A DNA stretch of 64,000 bases from an uncultured Gammaproteobacteria bacterium (lineage in GTDB: Bacteria > Patescibacteriota > Microgenomatia > UBA10105 > UBA927), in the NCBI GenBank assembly GCA_964356315.1, contig CAYHHA010000002.1, positions 3,824 to 67,823 on the forward strand. Reading direction: 5' to 3'. Of the stretch, positions 45,586-54,182 are shown one piece after another; the first letter of the stretch is position 1, and every line of letters starts with the position of its first letter. A model generated the notes under the pieces. It made no database searches. It was not told the DNA's origin and saw nothing but the letters and a program-made list of their open reading frames with translations. Position numbers and translations under genes: made by a program.

Positions 45586-48007
45586 CAAACGATTATATTC
45601 TAGCGGACAGTTGCTTATTGAATTGTTGCTCGCACTTGGGTTATGTGCGATCATGTTGCCAGTTTTAGCTGTTGGGTTATTAGCATCCAGAGAGGGAAAA
45701 GCACAACAGATACAACGTTCTGACGCTACAACGCTCACCAAAGAAGCGTATGATGCTTTACGAATAGTGCGTGAACAAGGGTGGAGTAGTGTTTCTACCA
45801 ATGGAAGATACTACCCCGTAGTAGTCAATAACACATGGACGTTGGCAACTGGATCTGCCGTGATAGGAGGGTTTACCCGATTTGTAGACATTATGGATGT
45901 GTATCGGGATTCTAATGGAAATTTTGCTACCAGCAGTGGGACTGTCGATCCGTCAACGAAAAAAATTGTTATCACTGTGTCATGGGATACTCCGTACTCC
46001 TCTAGTGCTAGTTCTACTTATTATGTCGTCAGAACTGACAATACTGTATATACGTCTGGATCATATGCTGATTTCAATAGCGGAACAAAAGTGCAAACTC
46101 AGGCAACAGATCCATCTGATGGACGGATTAAGCTTGCGAATAACACAAAAGGGCAATGGTGTTTGCCATCATTTTCTAGCGCATCTATATCACTGCCTGA
46201 TGGGCCACCTGTTGCTGTCGCTGCAAAATCCGAGTCGTCTATAGCAAATCCAAACAAAGTGTTTGTCGCGCTATCACCACTAACCACAACTCAAAGGAAG
46301 TTGGCGTATGTTTCAGTAAGTGCGAATACCGACCCTCCTGTCCCTACCCTTAGCGGAATATTTACCATGGATTCTACGCTGTATAGTAATGCGTCGCTCG
46401 TGCCAGTTGGCACAGGTTTGGATAATTCATTTAAAACAAATAAAGTGTCCTACTATACATCTTCTTCAGGAAAAACATACGCACTTCTTGCAACGACAAA
46501 GCCGGATAAGGAGGTCATTGCAATATTGGTTGACGATAATAACGCAAGTAATGATGGGACAAACAATGGAGAGTATCAGGATTATACGAATAAAATTTTT
46601 AAATATTGGACGTATTTTAACACCCGTATCTATCAGGGAAATTCTGCATCTACTCCAAATCAAGATCAAGCTCCGTATACCGCCGGTGCCGCATCTATAG
46701 CTGTGTATCAAGATAAAGGGTATATGATTTCAGGGGGATATCTCTATGTGTTTGATTTATCAGCCATTGATTCTAAGTCGCCAAGTACTGGCCTGGACAT
46801 GGTTGGGTGTCGTATAGAGTTGGATGGTTCAGATTGTAATGCGTCTACCAGTAGAGTAAGGAAATATGGCTCGGGAAATACCGGTACAAGTTTTGGAAAT
46901 GAATCTGCTGGTCAAACAGGTTGTATAGACGGGGGAATGGTACAAATATATGCAGACAACGATGTCTACCCAGTTTCAGTTGGGGGAAATATGTATGTGT
47001 ATGTCGCCGTGGGTTCAGGGACAGATCCAGAATTTAACATTGTGAACGTCACGAGTGTACCAACCTCTGGATCAAGTCCGACGATTTCAAATAATTCCTG
47101 CGGAAGAATCACGGGCGGAAATAGTGGGTGGAAGCGGATAAGTTCACTAGATTTTAATTCCAAAACAAATACACAAGAAACAGCAAATTCGGTGTTTGGT
47201 AACGCTGATGGAACAAGAGCATATATATCTTCGAACGGAACAGTAGATGCAAACAATGATGGATTGGCAGACAGTGATCAATTTTATGTGATAAATACAT
47301 CAAATAAAAGTGCGCCCACATTTCTCTCCGGCACTGCAGCCACGGGCGCGCAAAGTGGGTATTACTTGGGAAGTGGTGCAAATGCTCAGCAATATCCGAG
47401 ACGTTCGATTACTGTCTTTGGTGATTCTCGAGCGCTGCTTGCAGGTATTGATGGTGTCACAGATGGCAATGATGCGCAAGAGTATCAAGTGCTTAATGTT
47501 AGTAATGAATCATCACCCTCATATTGTGGCGGCACACAATTTGCTTCGGGATTTAATGATATGACTTCTATTGCGGAAGCAGATGGAGATAAATATGTCT
47601 ATCTTGTGGGAAACTCTGGCGCCAATGAATTGAAGATTATTCAAGGCGGTCCAGATGGGCCATTTTTGGATACAGGAACGTATGAATCTTCAACAACAGA
47701 TTTAGGAAATAATGTAACATTTAATCGATTTGATGTTATCGAAAATCTCCCAGCAAGCACCTCTATACAATACCAACTCGCCATCACCGATGCCGTATCG
47801 GGGAGTTGCAATGGCGCTACATTCGCCTATGTGGGGCCAGATGGGACGAGTGGTACTAAATTTGCAACAGGAAGCGCCATCCCTATTGGGAGAAGTGGAA
47901 CTCTTAAAAATCCAGGACGGTGTATGCGATATAAAGCATATTTATCAACGACTGATTATAACGTGACCCCAACGTTGTTGGATGTGATCTTTAATTATTC
48001 TTTATGA
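45560..48007 (+). CDS. giant pilin-like protein (815 aa), putative minor pilin/tip adhesin
   Basis: Pilin-like N-terminus SSGQLLIELLLALGLCAIMLPVLAVGLLA, then about 750 aa of S/T/G/N/D-rich beta-type sequence. Start ambiguous (overlaps upstream pilin by 26 nt). Confidence 0.65.
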   Translation: MVLSQQLTNKRLYSSGQLLIELLLALGLCAIMLPVLAVGLLASREGKAQQIQRSDATTLTKEAYDALRIVREQGWSSVSTNGRYYPVVVNNTWTLATGSAVIGGFTRFVDIMDVYRDSNGNFATSSGTVDPSTKKIVITVSWDTPYSSSASSTYYVVRTDNTVYTSGSYADFNSGTKVQTQATDPSDGRIKLANNTKGQWCLPSFSSASISLPDGPPVAVAAKSESSIANPNKVFVALSPLTTTQRKLAYVSVSANTDPPVPTLSGIFTMDSTLYSNASLVPVGTGLDNSFKTNKVSYYTSSSGKTYALLATTKPDKEVIAILVDDNNASNDGTNNGEYQDYTNKIFKYWTYFNTRIYQGNSASTPNQDQAPYTAGAASIAVYQDKGYMISGGYLYVFDLSAIDSKSPSTGLDMVGCRIELDGSDCNASTSRVRKYGSGNTGTSFGNESAGQTGCIDGGMVQIYADNDVYPVSVGGNMYVYVAVGSGTDPEFNIVNVTSVPTSGSSPTISNNSCGRITGGNSGWKRISSLDFNSKTNTQETANSVFGNADGTRAYISSNGTVDANNDGLADSDQFYVINTSNKSAPTFLSGTAATGAQSGYYLGSGANAQQYPRRSITVFGDSRALLAGIDGVTDGNDAQEYQVLNVSNESSPSYCGGTQFASGFNDMTSIAEADGDKYVYLVGNSGANELKIIQGGPDGPFLDTGTYESSTTDLGNNVTFNRFDVIENLPASTSIQYQLAITDAVSGSCNGATFAYVGPDGTSGTKFATGSAIPIGRSGTLKNPGRCMRYKAYLSTTDYNVTPTLLDVIFNYSL

Positions 48008-48492
48008 AGCGAAAGACGTTAGGATTTACTATTGTAGAACTGTTGATATATACATCCATCCTTTTGGTTCTCTTATATATTTTTACGAGCATGTTTTCTT
48101 CAATTTTGGATGTGCAACTAGAATCTGAAACACAAAGTGCAATTATCCAAGATAGTGGATATATTTTCTCTCGGCTACAATATGATATTGGTCGTGCATC
48201 TTCAATTCAGACCCCTGCTTCTTTAGGGCAATCATCTGGATCATTAGTGCTTCAAATAAACGGAAGTGGGTATACGTACTCTGTTTCAAATGGCTTGCTA
48301 TTGATCGAAAACGCTGGTTCGAGTGCTTCTCTCAATAGTGTTGGCACTACCGTATCAAATGTTTCCTTTCGTAGATACGGTAATATAAACGGAAAGAATA
48401 GTGTCAGTGTCGTGTTCACTCTTACGTCTACGACTCAGCGAACTCATGGGTATGAATCACAGGACTTTCAATCAACAATTGGATTGAGATAA
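48004..48492 (+). CDS. prepilin-type pilin
   Basis: MKRKTLGFTIVELLIYTSILLVLL. Confidence 0.85.
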   Translation: MKRKTLGFTIVELLIYTSILLVLLYIFTSMFSSILDVQLESETQSAIIQDSGYIFSRLQYDIGRASSIQTPASLGQSSGSLVLQINGSGYTYSVSNGLLLIENAGSSASLNSVGTTVSNVSFRRYGNINGKNSVSVVFTLTSTTQRTHGYESQDFQSTIGLR

Positions 48493-48505
48493 AAATTATC
48501 TAGCT

Positions 48506-48901
48506 ATGAAAAAAATAATTATCAAATCGGTAGCGTTGCAGAGCGGACAAGCTCTTGTGATCTTGTTATTTTATATGATTATCGCGATAACACTCACCAC
48601 AACCGCTGTTGCGGTGGTAGTTTCAAATTCACTTTCTGCAACAAGAAATGAACAAGGAGCACTTGCGCTTCAAATAGCTGAAGCGGGAGCTGAAAACGCT
48701 ATAGTACGCTTGCTTCGATCTACTAGTTACACGGGAGAGACTTTGACAATCGGATCTGGTAATGCAACAGTATCTGTAAGCGGAACATCAACAAAGACCA
48801 TACGATCTATAGGGGTAATAAGTGGTTTTTCAAGAACCGTTGAGGTTACGGCGACGCTTATAAATGGCGTATTGACGGTAAGTTCATGGCAAGAAATATA
48901 A
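48506..48901 (+). CDS. PilX-like minor pilin
   Basis: N-terminus QSGQALVILLFYMIIAITLTTTAVAVV resembles the PilX N-terminal domain. Confidence 0.55.
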   Translation: MKKIIIKSVALQSGQALVILLFYMIIAITLTTTAVAVVVSNSLSATRNEQGALALQIAEAGAENAIVRLLRSTSYTGETLTIGSGNATVSVSGTSTKTIRSIGVISGFSRTVEVTATLINGVLTVSSWQEI

Positions 48902-48967
48902 AGTATGGATACTCTTATAATAAGAATTATTGCGGGTATAATCTTTTCTAAGCCAAATCAATAAGAA

Positions 48968-49675
48968 TTGATTTGGCAAGAAATAATTATGTTTAATCAA
49001 AAATCTATTGTGCTGGTGTTTATCGATCATAGCGGTATTACCTTCTTTGGTGGGAGTCTTACTGAGATGGTCGTAGTCATAGTGCCTGAGACGATTATTC
49101 GGGATATGGAAGTTTTGTCAAAAGATGGATTATATTCACTTATTAAAGACTGGGTGAAAAAATATAATTTGATTGGATCTCAAATTGTCATGATTTTTTC
49201 GGAGACTATGTATTTTGAAAAAATATTTGTACAAACGGAACAGTCTCAGGTTGAAACAGATATCTTAATATTTTTTGAAATGGTACCGTATGAATCGATT
49301 TGGTCAAAAGTCTATCCTGAAAAAGGTGGAAAACGTGCAATAGCTGTGAGTCGTGCTTTTTATGAAGGATTGCATCAAGGCTTTTTACTACAGGGGCTCC
49401 CAACGAAAGCGGTGATTCCCTCTTTTGTGCTTGGTGATTTTGAGAAACAGCATAGTCTAGATCATAAACTTGCAACTCATATCCTTGAGAATCTGGACCG
49501 ATTATGTAAAATGAGCCTTCTAGATACTCATGAATCCAACGTCATTCGCCCTGAGGCTCCTATTTCGATTTCTTCAGACCAGGGTAAGAAAAAATCAACC
49601 TTGCCGATGCTGTTATCTGTTTTTGGACTACTTCTTCTGGTCCTCGGCATTGTTGTGTACCTGCAATATCGATAA
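48968..49675 (+). CDS. hypothetical protein with C-terminal TM, possible pilus-assembly (PilM/N-like) component
   Basis: Position inside the pilus locus. KSIVLVFIDHSGITFFGG is weakly PilM-like. C-terminal TM LLSVFGLLLLVLGIVVYL. Confidence 0.35.
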   Translation: MIWQEIIMFNQKSIVLVFIDHSGITFFGGSLTEMVVVIVPETIIRDMEVLSKDGLYSLIKDWVKKYNLIGSQIVMIFSETMYFEKIFVQTEQSQVETDILIFFEMVPYESIWSKVYPEKGGKRAIAVSRAFYEGLHQGFLLQGLPTKAVIPSFVLGDFEKQHSLDHKLATHILENLDRLCKMSLLDTHESNVIRPEAPISISSDQGKKKSTLPMLLSVFGLLLLVLGIVVYLQYR

Positions 49676-49728
49676 ATAGGTAATATACCCTTGACAAAGA
49701 AACACGAAGTAAGATACGGTAAAAGTAT

Positions 49729-50196
49729 ATGAAAAACACACTGCCTAATGGGCGTAAAGGTTTTACGCTCATCGAGTTGCTCGTTGTCATCGGTATCTTG
49801 GCGGTACTTTTGGCAATCACATTAATCGCCATAAATCCTGCACGTCAGTTCTCGCAGGCGAATAATACAAAACGCGCTAGTGACGTTAACGCGATTTTGA
49901 ATGCAGTCGGTCAATTTGCCGCGGATAGCAGAGGTACGTTGCCTGCTGGTATCACAACGTCAGCACTGACGGTTGCAGATGCCGCTGCGGGAGGCGCAGA
50001 TATTTGTGCAGATCTGACAACACAGTATCTAGCTGCGTTGCCTGTAGATCCGTTGACAAATAACGGACAGCCTATAACAAACTGCGCGGTCGCGTATACG
50101 ACTAATTATACGATCGTCAGAAGCGCTGCCGATAATCGCATAACAGTCGCAGCACCAGCTGCAGAGCTTGGAGCTACAATTTCAGTAACTCGATAA
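49729..50196 (+). CDS. type IV major pilin (PilA-like)
   Basis: RKGFTLIELLVVIGILAVLLAI. Small (155 aa). Followed by a strong terminator. Confidence 0.85.
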   Translation: MKNTLPNGRKGFTLIELLVVIGILAVLLAITLIAINPARQFSQANNTKRASDVNAILNAVGQFAADSRGTLPAGITTSALTVADAAAGGADICADLTTQYLAALPVDPLTNNGQPITNCAVAYTTNYTIVRSAADNRITVAAPAAELGATISVTR

Positions 50197-50213
50197 TCTT
50201 ATATAGATGATCG

Positions 50214-50244
50214 GACAAAAAACGCCCTGAGGGGCGTTTTTTGG
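50214..50244. terminator. rho-independent terminator (bidirectional; pilin on +, uppP on -)
   Basis: AAAAAACGCCC-tgag-GGGCGTTTTTTGG. 7-bp GC-rich stem with an A-run before and a T-run after. Confidence 0.75.
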
Positions 50245-50363
50245 TGGCGCATGGTTTAGATTGCTGAATCTCATGGGAGGCATACTCTGCGAGATCAATC
50301 CGAGAAGAATGATAGTGTGGAGTGTAGGGGGTTTGAGTATTCTCTGAATATCTTAGAACGTGT

Positions 50364-51140
50364 TTAGAATGGTCGAACGATAAGCATAATAATCGCAAGA
50401 CATATGCGATATATACCAAACGAAATGAATGTATGATGTTCAATAAATCGAACGAAAAATTTAACAACGACAAGTGCTGTAATAAATGAAACGAAAAGTC
50501 CAATCGCTATATATTGCCACTCAGTGGTCGTGAATCTCAAGGCGTCGCTTTTTATAAGATCAAGTGCCGTTGCTGCAACCATTGTGGGAATGGCAAGAAG
50601 AAAAGAAAATTCCACCGCTTGTTTTCGGGACAACCCCGAAAGCTGACCACCAATGATGGATGCTGCCGATCGAGAAACACCAGGGATTACCGAAAGTGAC
50701 TGAGCAATGCCGACTAATACAGCTTGTTTTGCTGATATCGGTGCTGTAACGGCATCTTGAGAAGTGGTGTATTTGTGCTTCCATTCAAGGGCGATGATAA
50801 TGATGCCTCCTATAAATAGCGATGCGATAACAATATACGGATTTCCAAGCAGTACGTGTTTGATAATTTTATATAACGCAAGTCCAATAATTGCTGTTGG
50901 AATAAACGCTATCGCGAGCTTCGTAAGCATATTTCTATCCGTAAGGATTTTCCGTATGTACAAAACGGCAACAGCTGATATAGCTCCCAGTTGAATGAGT
51001 ATCTCAAAGCTTTTTGAAAAATCTGAATTTTGGATATGGAGAATGCTTCCGAGAAGCACAAGGTGTCCGGTGCTAGAAATGGGGAGAAATTCAGTTATGC
51101 CTTCTACTACTGAGAGTAATATCACATGGAATAAATTCAT
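50364..51140 (-). CDS. uppP: undecaprenyl-diphosphatase
   Basis: N-terminal VVEGITEFLPISSTGHLV. About 8 TM. 258 aa. Confidence 0.9.
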   Translation of the reverse strand: MNLFHVILLSVVEGITEFLPISSTGHLVLLGSILHIQNSDFSKSFEILIQLGAISAVAVLYIRKILTDRNMLTKLAIAFIPTAIIGLALYKIIKHVLLGNPYIVIASLFIGGIIIIALEWKHKYTTSQDAVTAPISAKQAVLVGIAQSLSVIPGVSRSAASIIGGQLSGLSRKQAVEFSFLLAIPTMVAATALDLIKSDALRFTTTEWQYIAIGLFVSFITALVVVKFFVRFIEHHTFISFGIYRICLAIIMLIVRPF

Positions 51141-51283
51141 TTGATTATGATACAGGATATTGCGATAAAAGTGCAGGGCTCCGCGGTTTTTCCAGTTTCT
51201 ACTTATGCGGAGTGATTGTGTGGTATACTCATTTTAGCTTGGAAGTAAGCGTATTTTTTTAGTTCCAAGATAAAGGAGAATAT

Positions 51284-51550
51284 ATGGCAATGAGTTTATT
51301 TATAGGAAATTTACCGTATTCGTACGATGATACGAAGCTTGTAGAATTGTTTTCTCCTGCAGGTACCGTTGTGTCTGCAAAAATCATTTCTGATAAATAT
51401 TCAGGTCGATCCCGAGGGTTTGGGTTTGTAGAAATGTCCTCTGATGATGAGGCAAGAAAAGCCATCGAGCTGTTTAATGGGAAAGATATCGACGGGCGCC
51501 CATTGGTTGTAAACGAAGCAAGGCCACGGGAAAATAAGCCACAACAATAA
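51284..51550 (+). CDS. RRM-domain RNA-binding protein
   Basis: RNP-2 LFIGNL and RNP-1 RGFGFVEM. Confidence 0.85.
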   Translation: MAMSLFIGNLPYSYDDTKLVELFSPAGTVVSAKIISDKYSGRSRGFGFVEMSSDDEARKAIELFNGKDIDGRPLVVNEARPRENKPQQ

Positions 51551-51596
51551 AGGTAAAGACATTCTTCTCGTATCGAAAATTCTTGGATAATAAGTT

Positions 51597-54134
51597 TTAA
51601 GGGGTCGGTGTCGCTGATGGAGTTGGTAGAGGATTACAGCGCCCACTTTGCGGTTGGGTTCCTGCAATGAAATATTCGACTCTTCCAAAGTAGCACGGGA
51701 TAGCAATCACGGTATCTGGTTTTTTCATGATTTCATCCTGTTTATTTTTTAGGAGTTCTTGCATGATGTCATGCCATATCGGAGCCGCTCCAGTGATGCC
51801 AGAGGTAAGATATGGATTCATTGGAGTGTTGTCATTGTTTCCTACCCAGACCGTGGTGACAAATGATGGGGTGTATCCAATGGTCCAATTATCCCGTTTA
51901 TTGTCTGTTGTTCCTGTTTTTACCGAGACAGTTTTGTCTTTAACGACTAAACTTGAATTAGGTCCAAATGCGGGTGTTCTAGCCACATTGTCACTGAGGA
52001 TATTGGAAATGATCCATGCTGTTTCAGACTTTATGGCCTGCGTATATTGAGGCTGTTTTGCTCTCTGATAGACACGACCTGCATAATCGGTAACCTCCAA
52101 TATCGGTTGAAGCTCCGTGCGTTTTCCATCATACGCCAATGCGCCATATACTTTCGCCATATCGAGCATCGTTACCTCTCCACCGCCTAAGGTGAGTGAT
52201 AAGCCAAATCTGCTTTCATCGCCCCATGTAGTGACTCCCATGTTTTTTCCCGTTGTTAACATTGTTGCGAGTCCAATTTTTTGTAGCAATTTTACTGCTG
52301 GAATATTATACGAATTTGCCAACGCGGATCTAAAAGGAACAGTCCCATGGAATTTTCCATCATAATTCACTGGAGAGTATGGGGGGCTCCCAAGTGATGT
52401 AAATGTAATAGGGGAATCATCTATGAGGCTTGCTGCTGTGAACCCGTTTTCAAGCGCTGCCGCATAGTTTACTACTTTGATAGATGAGCCTGGCTGGCGA
52501 AGAGCTGTTGTGACGTTTACATTGCCTTCTGCTTCAATATCGAAATAATTTTTACTTCCCACCATAGCAAGAATTTCGCCTGTGGTAGGATTGGTAACAA
52601 GAGCAGCTCCGTTTCCAACATTAAGAGATTTCAGTGACTCAATATTCCTTGCGAGAATTTCTTCCGCTTTTTCTTGGATCGTGATATCGAGTGATGTTTT
52701 GATTTGAAGACCGCCTTGATCTACAAGTCTTTCTCCGTATTGCTGTTCAAGAATGGATTTTACATACATCACAAAATGTGGCGCACGAATGGCGGTATTT
52801 GGGGTGGCAAATTTTATTTGCGTGTTTAGAGCATTTGTAGCGTCTTCTTGAGAAATATATCTATCTTCCACCATACGTCTGAGCACTTCTTTTTGTCGGG
52901 CAAATGCCTTTTCCGGATGAGATCCAAACGGAGAATATTCTGTGGGTGCGGCTGGAAGACCAGCCAGAAGCGCTGATTCTGCAAGGGTCAAATTTGTTGC
53001 GCTCTTTCCAAAATAGGTTTGACTAGCGGCCTCAATTCCCCACGCTGTTCCGCCGTATGGAACTTGATTTAAATACATTTCCAGTATTTGATTTTTTGTA
53101 TAGAGGCGTTCTGTCCAGAATGCGAGAAGCACTTCTTTAATTTTCCTGGTAATTTTTACCTCTGGGGAAAGGAGCGCAGATTTTATGAGTTGTTGCGTGA
53201 TTGTTGAGCCTCCTTGGACCTGTTTGTTAAACACCGTTTCTTTAGCAGCTCTCGCAATGCCTTTTAACGATATTCCTTGATGTTTATAAAAATCCCTATC
53301 TTCTATAGATATTGTTGCGTGAATTATAGAGTTCGGTATCGACTTAAGTGGTAATGGGGTTCGATTTTGATCTAGATATATCTCATATAATAATATCCCT
53401 TTTCTATCAAAAATCTTTGTCGTGACCTGTAAATCTCTTCTGGACAGTAAGTGTGGATTCGGGAGCGACATAAGTCTGTTGTATGACTCATAGGGAATAA
53501 AAACGAATAACACCGTGCACACGACGCCAGTAATAAAAGATTTCCAAGCATCAAGTGGGTCCTTTTTATATGTTTGCGATTGTTCGTTTTTCGAAACATT
53601 AGCGTAAGCTCGATAAAAAAACTCTTTTAGTCTCACGAGCAAAAGAGTCATAAGTGAAGCCCGTTCTTCTCCTTGGGTGGCCATTTCGAGTTGAAGTTGT
53701 TTAGTGTGTTTACGTTCTTTTCTTGCTTGAGCATCTGATTTGCGGGATGCAATTGATGCACGAATATATGTTATTTGTTTATGTATAAGAGCTTTAACGG
53801 TATTGCCAAACTCTTGCAGTGAAAATTTAGGATAGGAATACACGGCTTTATGAATGCGCTTCTTTGGTTCTTTCGGATGTTCCGATCTTTTTTTCAAGAA
53901 CGTATATACGATTTCCTTTTTTTCGTGAAGCCAACTTTTTGTGCCTGCTACCATCTCTTTGAAGAGTATAATAATAGTGCTATAAGTTACTTTGCTGAAG
54001 TAGATAATTGTACTGAATATTTTTCGAACCATACTGCCAATAGCTATAAATACTCTGATAATTAAGAGTACAGGAAGCACATAAAATGGCAATTGAGGCT
54101 GATTATTGTTGTTTGACTCACTACGACGGTCCAT
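51597..54134 (-). CDS. class A penicillin-binding protein (GT51 transglycosylase + transpeptidase) with long N-terminal region
   Basis: GT51 ISIEDRDFYKHQGI, STITQQL. Transpeptidase SSIK (SxxK), SYN, KTGTT. About 200 aa precede the TM anchor; the start is uncertain. Confidence 0.85.
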   Translation of the reverse strand: MDRRSESNNNNQPQLPFYVLPVLLIIRVFIAIGSMVRKIFSTIIYFSKVTYSTIIILFKEMVAGTKSWLHEKKEIVYTFLKKRSEHPKEPKKRIHKAVYSYPKFSLQEFGNTVKALIHKQITYIRASIASRKSDAQARKERKHTKQLQLEMATQGEERASLMTLLLVRLKEFFYRAYANVSKNEQSQTYKKDPLDAWKSFITGVVCTVLFVFIPYESYNRLMSLPNPHLLSRRDLQVTTKIFDRKGILLYEIYLDQNRTPLPLKSIPNSIIHATISIEDRDFYKHQGISLKGIARAAKETVFNKQVQGGSTITQQLIKSALLSPEVKITRKIKEVLLAFWTERLYTKNQILEMYLNQVPYGGTAWGIEAASQTYFGKSATNLTLAESALLAGLPAAPTEYSPFGSHPEKAFARQKEVLRRMVEDRYISQEDATNALNTQIKFATPNTAIRAPHFVMYVKSILEQQYGERLVDQGGLQIKTSLDITIQEKAEEILARNIESLKSLNVGNGAALVTNPTTGEILAMVGSKNYFDIEAEGNVNVTTALRQPGSSIKVVNYAAALENGFTAASLIDDSPITFTSLGSPPYSPVNYDGKFHGTVPFRSALANSYNIPAVKLLQKIGLATMLTTGKNMGVTTWGDESRFGLSLTLGGGEVTMLDMAKVYGALAYDGKRTELQPILEVTDYAGRVYQRAKQPQYTQAIKSETAWIISNILSDNVARTPAFGPNSSLVVKDKTVSVKTGTTDNKRDNWTIGYTPSFVTTVWVGNNDNTPMNPYLTSGITGAAPIWHDIMQELLKNKQDEIMKKPDTVIAIPCYFGRVEYFIAGTQPQSGRCNPLPTPSATPTP

Positions 54135-54182
54135 AGAATGTGTTTATACCACAATCTATAGGCTGGTAACAAGCCGCATTTT

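Noticed and set aside
45897-47966. Multiple short ORFs on both strands inside the 815-aa pilin-like gene
   Set aside because: They are nested in a long, uninterrupted ORF with a pilin N-terminus. They have no signatures.
49691-49719. Promoter for the major pilin gene (TTGACA at 49691)
   Set aside because: The -35 is perfect but no acceptable -10 hexamer sits at 16-18 nt spacing (ATACGG). I left it unannotated.
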